Positions 1 through 8,198 of a stretch of 29,070 nucleotides of DNA are shown here, piece by piece (within the stretch, counting starts at the first letter, position 1; each line of letters opens with the position of its first letter). Where the stretch lies: positions 1 through 29,070 of the forward strand of contig JBGANF010000105.1 in NCBI GenBank assembly GCA_044222475.1. Direction: 5' to 3'. The notes under the pieces were generated by a model. It had not been told where the DNA came from, did no database searches, and worked only from the letters and a program-made list of their open reading frames with translations. Position numbers and translations under genes: made by a program. The stretch comes from Polyangiaceae bacterium. GTDB taxonomy: Bacteria; Myxococcota_A; Polyangia; Polyangiales; Polyangiaceae.

Positions 1-662
1 CCGTTCTCGCACTCGGCGGTCGTCTTGCAGAGCTGGTACGCGAAGGGATCACCCTTGCACGAGAGGGTGCACTGCGCGTTGTACGCGACGAGCTGCGCGG
101 CGTTCGGCGGGATGCAACACACCTTCGTTCCGGTGACGCCGGCGCAGTCGGCTGCTTCGTCGCAAGCGCGACGCAAGCCGGCGCACGACGAGGTGGAGTC
201 GGGGACGCACTTCTCGACGCCGCCGTCGAGCGTCGGCGTGTCGCAGCAGTAGTTCCCGGGGACGGCGCACGGCGCTCCCGCGCACGTGACGTTCAGTGGA
301 TCCGGCTTCGGTGCTCCGCCGTCGACGCACGCCATGAGCGTGCACCCCCACGTGCCGTTCATGCACGTGCACGTGTTGCAACCGTCGCCGGCGGGCCTCG
401 TGCTGCCTTCGATGCATTTCCCTGCGTCGTAGCAGCCGCCGCCCGTGGGGACGCAGTTCCACACGCCCTTGTTGCAGGTGCATGTATTCGAGGCGCCGCA
501 CCAATCCGGCTTCCTGTACGTACAGCTCGCGCCGTTCGTGGTGCACGCAGCGCCCGACCCGGGGTCGTTGGCCGGGCAGTCCGTGCCCACCGAGCCGCCA
601 CAGGCAGCCGCGACGACGGCGATGACGCCAACGGCGGAGACGAAGAGGAAAGCGGTACGCAT
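1..662 (-). CDS. Cys-rich lipoprotein containing a pacifastin-like protease-inhibitor motif (3' end runs off window)
   Basis: Not in the ORF track because no stop lies inside the window. Manual translation from ATG 662: MRTAFLFVSAVGVIAVVAAAC-GGSVGTDCPANDPG...CIEGSTRPAGDGCNTCTCMNGTWGCTLMAC...; lipobox AAAC, GC-rich third positions, open to base 1. Confidence 0.85.
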   Translation of the reverse strand, partial: MRTAFLFVSAVGVIAVVAAACGGSVGTDCPANDPGSGAACTTNGASCTYRKPDWCGASNTCTCNKGVWNCVPTGGGCYDAGKCIEGSTRPAGDGCNTCTCMNGTWGCTLMACVDGGAPKPDPLNVTCAGAPCAVPGNYCCDTPTLDGGVEKCVPDSTSSCAGLRRACDEAADCAGVTGTKVCCIPPNAAQLVAYNAQCTLSCKGDPFAYQLCKTTAECEN

Positions 663-728
663 GCACAGAGCATACACCGCGCGCAGATGGAGCAGCCCAC
701 CGCGCACTATCTGCACTAGGACGCGCAC

Positions 729-977
729 TCAGCGCTTGGGCGTGTGCTGATCGCGGAACGATTTCACCCGCGCGATGACGTCCTCGATCGCCTTCTGGGA
801 GATCGCGGTCGCGTCCTCGGCGAGCTTGTTCGCATCCTCGATCTGAGGCTCCAGGATTTCTTCCCAGTTCTGCTTCGCATCCATTCCCGCGAGGTGGAGC
901 TGGAGGCGGATCTCGTCGCGCAGGGCGCCAAGGTTCTGGAGGCTGGCCTTGATTTGGGTCTTGAGGGGGTCGGTCAT
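729..977 (-). CDS. small helical hypothetical protein (82 aa)
   Basis: C-terminal part of track ORF 729..1439 from ATG 977 (MTDPLKTQIK...LRDEIRLQLHLAGMDAKQNWE...); amphipathic helical composition; the upstream part of that ORF is the antisense shadow of the Yip1 gene. Confidence 0.75.
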   Translation of the reverse strand: MTDPLKTQIKASLQNLGALRDEIRLQLHLAGMDAKQNWEEILEPQIEDANKLAEDATAISQKAIEDVIARVKSFRDQHTPKR

Positions 978-1046
978 GGTTTCGTACCTCGCCCTTGGAC
1001 GTAGCAAGGTCCGGACCAAAGTCACCTCGGCACGGTCCTCGCAGCT

Positions 1047-1688
1047 GTGTGGCTCGTGGCGTCGTTCGCGCACTACTACTTCGGCATGTTCGCCCGGCCT
1101 CGGCGGACGATGACCGAGCTCGCCGGTGACACGCGACGCGTGCGCCTCGGGACGGCCGCGTTCTCGATCGCGGTCGTCGGCTACACGTTGGTGTACGTCT
1201 TCCTCGTGTTCGGTCACGGCCGGCCCACGGTGTTCACCCCGTGGCTCGCGATACCCGCCGAGGTCTACTACCAGTGGGACCGCTTCCTCCTCGCGCCGAG
1301 CATGGTCATGAGCTGGCTCCTGGCCGCTGCGGTGGCTCAGCTCCTCGCGCGCGCGTTCGGTGGAGTCGGCACCTTCGAGGACACGCTGAGCGTCCTCGGC
1401 TTTGGCATCGGGGTCGCGTCGTGGACGCTGATGCTCCACGATCTCGTGACGACCTTCCTCGGTGCGATCGGCGTGATCGATCAGCGCGCGTACGAAGACG
1501 CCATGAGCGGGCCGACGATCTGGCGCACGCTCTTGTGGATCCAGATGGGCCTCTACCTCGCGGCGTTCGTCGCGCTGTTCTCGATCGGCGTCGCGACGAC
1601 GCAGCGCCTTCGTCGAGGTCGGGCGCTGGTCGTCGGGACGATCGCGTTCGTCGTCTACCAGCTCGTGTTCGTCATCTTCAATCGCTGA
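1047..1688 (+). CDS. Yip1-domain multi-pass membrane protein
   Basis: About 5 hydrophobic segments; N-terminal 'MFARPRRTMTEL' and central 'AFGGVGTFEDTLSVLGF' resemble Yip1 family; exact start uncertain (GTG 1047). Confidence 0.65.
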   Translation: MWLVASFAHYYFGMFARPRRTMTELAGDTRRVRLGTAAFSIAVVGYTLVYVFLVFGHGRPTVFTPWLAIPAEVYYQWDRFLLAPSMVMSWLLAAAVAQLLARAFGGVGTFEDTLSVLGFGIGVASWTLMLHDLVTTFLGAIGVIDQRAYEDAMSGPTIWRTLLWIQMGLYLAAFVALFSIGVATTQRLRRGRALVVGTIAFVVYQLVFVIFNR

Positions 1689-1691
1689 TCG

Positions 1692-2642
1692 TCAGCGCTC
1701 GCTGTCGAGGTGCTTCATCTGCTCGCCGGCGTAGCGCTGGCCTGAAACGGCGCCGTCCGGGACCAAGGCCTCGAGCGCCGCGACGTCGGACTTCGCGAGC
1801 GGCTTCGCGAGCGCGCCGAGCGCGTCCTCGAGCTGCACGCGCGTCTTCGCGCCGACGACCGGGACGAACTTCGGCTCGCGCGCGAGGACCCACGCGATCG
1901 CGAGCTGACCGGGCGTCATGCCGTGGTCCTTCGCGAACGTCGCGAACGTCCCCGCGACGTCGGCGTTCTTCGCCGCGTTCTCGCCGCCGAAGCGCGGGAG
2001 GTACGCGCGAAAGTCGCGCGGACCCTGGGGCTTGCTCCCGGTGAGGAGCCCGCGCGAGAAGACGCCGTAGAGCGTGGCACCAATGCCGAGCTCGTGGAGC
2101 GCTGGGAAGATCTTCGCTTCGGGCCCGCGGCTGGCGATCGAGTACTCGATCTGCAGGTCGGCGATCGGGTGGACCTTCGCCGCACGGCGGATGGTGTCGA
2201 CCCCGACCTCGGACAGGCCGATCTTCCGGACGAAGCCGGCCTTCACGAGATCGGCGATGGCGCCGATCGTGTCCTCGATGGGCACCGCCGGATCGAGGCG
2301 CGCCGGGCGGTAGACGTCGATCACGTCGACGCCGAGGCGCTTCAGGCTGTAGGCGGCGAAGTTCTTCACCGCGACCGGACGGTTGTCGACGCCGCTCCAG
2401 CTCCCGTCGGGGCCGCGGAGCGCGCCGAACTTCACCGAGAGCTGCACCGCGTCCCGGCGACCGGCGATCGCGCGACCGATGAGCATCTCGTTGTGGCCCA
2501 TCCCGTAGAAATCGCCGGTGTCGATCAGGGTGACTCCGGCGTCGATCGCAGCGTGGATGGTGCGGATGCTCTCGGCGTCGTCGGTCGCGCCGTACATCCC
2601 CGACATCCCCATGCATCCGAGACCCAACTTTCGTTCGCTCAT
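1692..2642 (-). CDS. aldo/keto reductase
   Basis: LGLGCMGMS, IDTGDFYG, SVKFG, SLKRLGVDVID, IGLSE, LQIEYS motifs; GGAGG SD upstream on minus strand (2651-2655). Confidence 0.95.
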   Translation of the reverse strand: MSERKLGLGCMGMSGMYGATDDAESIRTIHAAIDAGVTLIDTGDFYGMGHNEMLIGRAIAGRRDAVQLSVKFGALRGPDGSWSGVDNRPVAVKNFAAYSLKRLGVDVIDVYRPARLDPAVPIEDTIGAIADLVKAGFVRKIGLSEVGVDTIRRAAKVHPIADLQIEYSIASRGPEAKIFPALHELGIGATLYGVFSRGLLTGSKPQGPRDFRAYLPRFGGENAAKNADVAGTFATFAKDHGMTPGQLAIAWVLAREPKFVPVVGAKTRVQLEDALGALAKPLAKSDVAALEALVPDGAVSGQRYAGEQMKHLDSER

Positions 2643-2684
2643 CGTCGTGACCTCCTGGACTCGAACCTAGGGCGTCGCCATTCT

Positions 2685-2697
2685 TTCATCCAATGAA
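2685..2697. promoter_or_regulatory. putative LysR-type binding site (T-N11-A with dyad symmetry)
   Basis: TTCAT-CCA-ATGAA in the AT-rich 63-bp gap between the divergent AKR and LysR genes. Confidence 0.6.
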
Positions 2698-2705
2698 TAG
2701 ACTGG

Positions 2706-3629
2706 ATGCGAGACATGAACGAAATCTATGAGAGAGATCTCGACCTGAACCTGCTCCGCGTGTTCGTCGTGGTGGCCGACGCCGGCTCGGTGACCGCAGG
2801 CGCCGCGCGGCTCTACCTGACGCAACCCGCGGTGAGCGCGGCGCTCAAGCGGTTGTCGATCGCGGTGGATGCTCCGCTCTTCGTGCGCGCCGGTCGCGGG
2901 CTCACGCTGACCGCGCGCGGGCAGCGGCTCTTGGCGAGCGCGCGGCCTCACCTCGACGGGCTCGTCGCGGCGGCGCGAGCGCCCGCGCGGTTCGATCCGA
3001 AGACGAGCGAGCGCACGGTGCGGATCGGTCTGTCGGACGCGAACGAGATCGGGCTCCTCCCTCGCCTGCTGAAGCACCTCGTGACGCACGCTCCGCGCAT
3101 GCGGCTCGTCGTCCTTCCGGTGCAGTTTCGCACCGTCGCCGAGGCGTTGGCTTCGTCCGCGATCGACCTCGCGGTCACCGTCGCCGACGAGCTCCCGGCG
3201 GGCACGAAGCGGCTCCCGCTCTTCTCCGGGTCGTTCGTCTGTCTCTACGATCCTCGCCACGCGCGGCTCGGCGCGAAGCCGACGAAGGAGCGCTACCTCG
3301 CGCAGGGCCACGTCGTCGTGTCCTACAACGGAGACCTGCGGGGCATCATCGAGGACACGCTCGGCGTCGAGCGGCGGGTCGTCGTCTCGGTGCCGACCTT
3401 CGCGAGCGTGGGCGCGGTCGTGGAGGGCACCCCGCTCGTCGCCACGGTCCCGGGCTTCGTCGCCGAGGTCATCCGGGCGAGCCGGCCGAGGCTTCGAACC
3501 GCTCCCCTTCCGTTGAGGCTCGAGGGCACCGCGACCGAGCTCGTCTGGCGGGCGGCGGTCGACGACGACGACGCGGTGCGCTTCGTTCGCGAAGCGGTCG
3601 TCGAGATCGGCGCAAAGCTCGGGCGATAG
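2706..3629 (+). CDS. LysR family transcriptional regulator
   Basis: DLNLLRVF...SVTAGAARLYLTQPAVSAALKRL HTH plus substrate-binding domain; divergent from AKR; start may be ATG 2715. Confidence 0.95.
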   Translation: MRDMNEIYERDLDLNLLRVFVVVADAGSVTAGAARLYLTQPAVSAALKRLSIAVDAPLFVRAGRGLTLTARGQRLLASARPHLDGLVAAARAPARFDPKTSERTVRIGLSDANEIGLLPRLLKHLVTHAPRMRLVVLPVQFRTVAEALASSAIDLAVTVADELPAGTKRLPLFSGSFVCLYDPRHARLGAKPTKERYLAQGHVVVSYNGDLRGIIEDTLGVERRVVVSVPTFASVGAVVEGTPLVATVPGFVAEVIRASRPRLRTAPLPLRLEGTATELVWRAAVDDDDAVRFVREAVVEIGAKLGR

Positions 3630-3652
3630 TGCGGTATATCCATGGGGGACCC

Positions 3653-4084
3653 ATGAAGAAGCCGAACCTCGTCTCCGAGATCATGACCCACAAGGTCATC
3701 ACCGTGTTCGAAGAGGACAACCTCACCGGCGTCGAAGAGGGCATGGCCCACTTCAAGTTCCGGCACCTCCCGGTCGTCGATGGGAAGAAGCTCGTCGGTT
3801 TGGTGACGCAGCGTGACCTCCTGCGCATCGCCGCGAGCGCGCTGGAAGCCGGCGCGGAGCAGAAGACCGCTCACATGAACGAGCGCCTGTTCGCGCGCGA
3901 CGTCATGCAGAAGGACGTCGTCACCGCCCTGCCCGACACGCCGATCCTCGATGCGGGTCGGCTCATGTGGAACAACAAGATGAGCTGTCTGCCCGTGGTC
4001 GACGGCAACGGCGACCTCGTCGGCATCGTGACCGAGGCCGACTTCCTCAAGCTCGCGCTCGTTCTGCTCGACCCGTCGACCTGA
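3653..4084 (+). CDS. CBS-domain pair protein
   Basis: VSEIMT...FRHLPVVDGKKLVGLVTQRD and ARDVM...SCLPVVDGNGDLVGIVTEAD; ATG 3653 preceded by GGGGA. Confidence 0.9.
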   Translation: MKKPNLVSEIMTHKVITVFEEDNLTGVEEGMAHFKFRHLPVVDGKKLVGLVTQRDLLRIAASALEAGAEQKTAHMNERLFARDVMQKDVVTALPDTPILDAGRLMWNNKMSCLPVVDGNGDLVGIVTEADFLKLALVLLDPST

Positions 4085-4624
4085 TCACTGTCGCAGCTGT
4101 GTCGCCTGCGCTCGCGTGACGAACTGACCTCGCGGCCAGTGCCGGTACCACGTGCCGTGCACGAGCGCGCCTCCACCGACCGCGTCGAAGTCCGAGCCGA
4201 GGATGCCCACCACGCGAACCAGCGAGCCCGGTCCGATGGCGTGCTCGCCCTCGTCGTCTTCGGGCGCGAGCTCGATGACGACCGGGACCTCGCCGAACGC
4301 CGCGTCGCTCACGGTGACGCGACAGCTGCGCTCGTCGTTGGCGTTCTCGCACAGGTTGCGATCGTCGAGACGACGAAGCGACAGCGTGAGAAAGACGTGA
4401 CCCTTCGTCGACGCGGAGCCACGCTTCTCCACGACTCCGAAGAGGCTCAGCGGCACGTCGGCGAAGCGACCCGGCTCGGCGAGCATGGCCGCGTCGAAGG
4501 GCTTGGCGTTTCGCGTCGCGGCTTCTTCGCCGCCGGTCGGAGCATACGTGCGCGCGTAACCGTATGGACCGGCGCCACCGCAGGCGACGAACACGAGAGC
4601 GAGGAGAGCGAGGGATCGTTTCAC
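4085..4624 (-). CDS. hypothetical lipoprotein (possibly Slp-like OB fold)
   Basis: GTG 4624 overlaps the upstream TGA (GTGA coupling); signal VKRSLALLALVFVAC; GSLVRVVG and terminal RHWP loosely recall Slp lipoproteins. Confidence 0.7.
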   Translation of the reverse strand: MKRSLALLALVFVACGGAGPYGYARTYAPTGGEEAATRNAKPFDAAMLAEPGRFADVPLSLFGVVEKRGSASTKGHVFLTLSLRRLDDRNLCENANDERSCRVTVSDAAFGEVPVVIELAPEDDEGEHAIGPGSLVRVVGILGSDFDAVGGGALVHGTWYRHWPRGQFVTRAQATQLRQ

Positions 4625-5985
4625 TTGGCATCTCCAAGCCGCCACGGGAGGCGCACGGGTGGCATGCGACCATCGTTGTGCGGCGACGCGCCGCGGTAGC
4701 GCGGCAGGAGCGCGGGAGCTGGCGCGGGGCTGAGGAACGCCGAGAGCGCACCGCTCGTGGTGACCGCGAAGAGCTCGAGGAGACCTTCGGCGTTCACGTC
4801 GGACACGAGGAGCGACGCGCTCACCGGCGCGCCGACGCTCGTGAGCACGGTGCGGTTGCCGAGCGCGTCGAACGCGACGATCGCGCCGCTGTCGGTGCCG
4901 ACGATCGCGCTCGGGAGCTCCTCGGTCTCGACACGGGTGACGATCGGCGTGCCGCTGACCTTTCCTTCGCGCGAGCGGAACGCGCGCGAAAGCTCGCCGA
5001 CGAGGACGACGCCATCACGCGTGCCCAGGCCCGACGTCGGCGTCGCGAGGACCACGTTGCGAGGCGACGCGATCGGGATCGCGCCGGCGACGAGCGGGTC
5101 CGGAGTGCCGTCGTCCTCTTCGACCCGCGCCGACCACAGCGCTTTACCGGTGCGGCTCACGATCGCGACGCGGGCGTCGCTCCAGGTGGCGAGGATCTCC
5201 TCCTTCCCGTCCCCGTCGACGTCGACGATGGTCGGGGCGGCGCGGAGCGGCGACTTCCCGTCCAGGGTGAAGACCACCGTTCCGTCCTTGCCGCGGAGGC
5301 CTACGAGCGCGCCGCCTCCCGAGCCGACGACGACGTCGTCCTTGCCGTCGCCGTCGAGGTCGACCAGCGAGGCCGCGCCCGCGCCGTTCGCGGTGTCGCC
5401 GACGGCTTTGCTCCAGATCGTCGAGCCGGTCTTGCCGTCGATCGCCACGACGTTTCCCCGACGGTCGCCTACGATCGCGTCGATCGCGCCGTCCCCGTTG
5501 ACGTCGGCGAGCGCCGGCGCACTGGTCGGCGGTGCGGGAAGCGCGGCCCGAAAGACCGTCGTCCCATCTTGGGACACGACGACCACTGCGCCGTCGCTCG
5601 TGGCGGCGAAGATCTTCGCTCGATCCATCGCGATCCCGACGACCGGGGCCGTGGCGATGCGGCGGACGAGCGACCCCTTCGCCGGAGTGAGCACGCTGAT
5701 GCCGTTCGCCGTGCCGACGTAGAGCGTCGTACCGTCGGCGATCATCGTCGTGGCGGCGGTGGTCGCGCCGACTTGGACCGTCCACAGCGCTTGGAGCGCG
5801 CTCGCGTGCGGACGCGCCGTCGTCGACGGGGTGAACGACTGCGGTGCGTTCGTGGACCCGACGTGTGCCGAGTCGACGACGTCCGGCCCCGTCGCCCGCG
5901 CGCTCCCGAGCGGCGCAACCGGCGGGTGGGCGTCCTTCGCGCCAGTGCTGCACGCGACGAGCAGCACGAGGAGGAGCCTTCGCAT
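4621..5985 (-). CDS. PQQ-like/FG-GAP beta-propeller repeat lipoprotein
   Basis: Signal MRRLLLVLLVAC; repeats ADVNGDGAID, VDLDGDGKDD, VDVDGDGKEE; AIDGKTGSTIWS blade motif. Confidence 0.85.
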   Translation of the reverse strand: MRRLLLVLLVACSTGAKDAHPPVAPLGSARATGPDVVDSAHVGSTNAPQSFTPSTTARPHASALQALWTVQVGATTAATTMIADGTTLYVGTANGISVLTPAKGSLVRRIATAPVVGIAMDRAKIFAATSDGAVVVVSQDGTTVFRAALPAPPTSAPALADVNGDGAIDAIVGDRRGNVVAIDGKTGSTIWSKAVGDTANGAGAASLVDLDGDGKDDVVVGSGGGALVGLRGKDGTVVFTLDGKSPLRAAPTIVDVDGDGKEEILATWSDARVAIVSRTGKALWSARVEEDDGTPDPLVAGAIPIASPRNVVLATPTSGLGTRDGVVLVGELSRAFRSREGKVSGTPIVTRVETEELPSAIVGTDSGAIVAFDALGNRTVLTSVGAPVSASLLVSDVNAEGLLELFAVTTSGALSAFLSPAPAPALLPRYRGASPHNDGRMPPVRLPWRLGDAK

Positions 5986-6121
5986 GCCCGCTCTTCTGCA
6001 ACCGGCATTCCACCTGGATAGGGCGCTGGAACCGCGGCGTCAGCGCTCGGAGGCGAAGGCTTTGCGCGTGCGTGCCTGCAAATTGCGCGCGATTTCGCGA
6101 GCGCTGCTACCCTGGCGCGCG

Positions 6122-8146
6122 ATGCGCCTCCGAGTGATTTGGTTCGTCGTCGCCGTGTTCAGCCTCTTCTCGCTCGGCTGCGGCGAGCACCTCGCTGGAA
6201 CGAACGACGCCAAGATCGAGCTGACGATCAAGGCACCGGCGAAGACGCCGCTGACGGAGGCCAAGGCACCGAAGTCGTCTTTCGCGCCCGCGACGCCGGC
6301 GCTCGCGGCGGTCGGTCCCGTGACCACGCGTCTCGCGATGATGCACATCACCGCCGACATCGAGCCGGAGGGGCAAGACAAGCTCGTCATCACGCTCGAC
6401 CGGGACGAGGTCGAGACGGCGAAGGACCTCCTCGCCTGGCGCGGCGGTGTGGAGATCGACGCGCTGGACCCCGGCTTCGCCTTGACGCCCGGCGACACGA
6501 CCGGCCTCACCGAGAAGACCGAAACGGTCGACGGCGTGACCGAGCACTACTGGGAGGGATCGCGCCAAGCCGTCGCCGCGGCGATCGCGAAGACGAAGGC
6601 GCCGGAGGGCCACGCGCTCCTCGCTCAAGCCTACGACGCGAAGCGCGGGCGCACGCGCGTCGTCAAGAAGCCGGCCCTCGCCGATCTGTCGGACGCGGTC
6701 GATCACGTCGATCGGATCGACGGTGGGAAATCGCTCTCGCTCGTGATCCACGCCGACGCGCAGTCGAGGATCGACGGCGCGGTCGACAAGTCCGACGGCA
6801 AGCCGCTCGCCATCGTGCGCGCCGGGACCGTGCTCGCGGTGCAGCCGATCACCAAGGGTACGCACACGTTCGAGCTCGGCTTCGGCAAGGACATCTACTC
6901 GTTCACCCGCGCGCACTCGGTGCGGAAGCTGCTCGAGAGCCCGCCGACTCCGCTGTTCGAGTTCGGCGAGCCCCACGATCTCCCGGCCGACGTCCCGGTC
7001 GCAGTCGCGTCGATCGTCCTCCCGATCCTCTTGTCGCTCATGTGGCTCGTCTTCGTGCGCCGCTTCGATCGCAGCCAGCCGGAGCCGTGGTGGCTCGTCC
7101 TCGCGACGTTCGCGCTCGGCGGCCTCAGCGTGATCCCGGCGGGCTTCGCGGAGTACGCGATGCAGAGCGCGACGCCGTATCTGAGCCCCGAGGTGATGAC
7201 GTTCGGCGGTCAGATCCTCGGGTTCTTCCCGGCTCTGATCGTGTTCACCGTCGTCGTCGGGCTCAGCGAAGAGGGCTCGAAGTTCCTCGGCGCGTGGTCG
7301 CTCGCTCGCCACCGCCGCGAGTTCGACGAGCCCATCGACGGCATGGTGTACGGCGCGGCGTCCGCGCTCGGGTTCGCCGCGGTCGAGAACGTGAAGTACT
7401 TCGCGGTCGGCCGCATGGGCGGAACGCTGATCGTCGCCCGCCTCTTCATGAGCGTGCCGGGCCACATGTTCTTCGGCGCGTTCTGGGGCTACGCGATGGG
7501 GCAGAGCCTCGTGCGCAAGAAGACGCGCGTCTGGGCGTACGTGCTCCTCGCCGCGTTGCTCCACGGCGCGTTCGATACGATGCTCTCGATCGAGTACACC
7601 GCGCTCGGCGCGCTCGTGCTCAACCTCGTGCTCGCGATCCTCTTCGTCGTCTTCCTTCGGCGCTCGCTCCGTCACGGCGTCGTCGAAGCCGGTCAGGGCG
7701 AGGCACCGCCGAGCGCGCAGCGGTGGCTGTTCTCGGTCGGAAGCCCGGGGCTGTTCGTCCTCAACGTGATCGGGTTCTGCATCGCCGCGGTGGTCTCGTT
7801 CGGCGTCGGGATCTACTTCGAGATCGCGCACCACCGAACCGGCATCATGTTCATCTACGTGTGCGCCGCGCTCGTGTCGCTCCTCGGGTTCATCGGGTAC
7901 GGCCTGGCGCAGACGATGCCGCTGGACGTCGCGGTGGACGCGGTGGGGGTCACGTTCGCCGGGGCGACGCGCAAGTGGGGGCGCGTCACCGCGATCGAGC
8001 GGTTCACCCTCTGGAGAGCCATCGGCTCGGCCCATGCCGTCCGCGTCCGCTCCGAAGACGGTGACATGGTCCTCGGCCCGACGACGGCCGCCGGGGTCGA
8101 GGAGCTGGGCCGACGCCTCACCGAGGCGAAAGCCGCCGCGAGGTAG
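6122..8146 (+). CDS. PrsW-family intramembrane glutamic/metalloprotease with lipoprotein signal and large extracytoplasmic N-terminal domain
   Basis: ATG 6122 MRLRVIWFVVAVFSLFSLGC; PrsW motifs FDRSQPEP, EEGSK (7268-7282), FDEPIDGMVYG, GFAAVEN, PGHMFF, LHGAFD; many TM helices. Confidence 0.9.
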   Translation: MRLRVIWFVVAVFSLFSLGCGEHLAGTNDAKIELTIKAPAKTPLTEAKAPKSSFAPATPALAAVGPVTTRLAMMHITADIEPEGQDKLVITLDRDEVETAKDLLAWRGGVEIDALDPGFALTPGDTTGLTEKTETVDGVTEHYWEGSRQAVAAAIAKTKAPEGHALLAQAYDAKRGRTRVVKKPALADLSDAVDHVDRIDGGKSLSLVIHADAQSRIDGAVDKSDGKPLAIVRAGTVLAVQPITKGTHTFELGFGKDIYSFTRAHSVRKLLESPPTPLFEFGEPHDLPADVPVAVASIVLPILLSLMWLVFVRRFDRSQPEPWWLVLATFALGGLSVIPAGFAEYAMQSATPYLSPEVMTFGGQILGFFPALIVFTVVVGLSEEGSKFLGAWSLARHRREFDEPIDGMVYGAASALGFAAVENVKYFAVGRMGGTLIVARLFMSVPGHMFFGAFWGYAMGQSLVRKKTRVWAYVLLAALLHGAFDTMLSIEYTALGALVLNLVLAILFVVFLRRSLRHGVVEAGQGEAPPSAQRWLFSVGSPGLFVLNVIGFCIAAVVSFGVGIYFEIAHHRTGIMFIYVCAALVSLLGFIGYGLAQTMPLDVAVDAVGVTFAGATRKWGRVTAIERFTLWRAIGSAHAVRVRSEDGDMVLGPTTAAGVEELGRRLTEAKAAAR

Positions 8147-8198
8147 ATCCTCGTTCGAAACCTCGGAACCTCGGCGATGGGCGGTTGTCGAACCGTCG

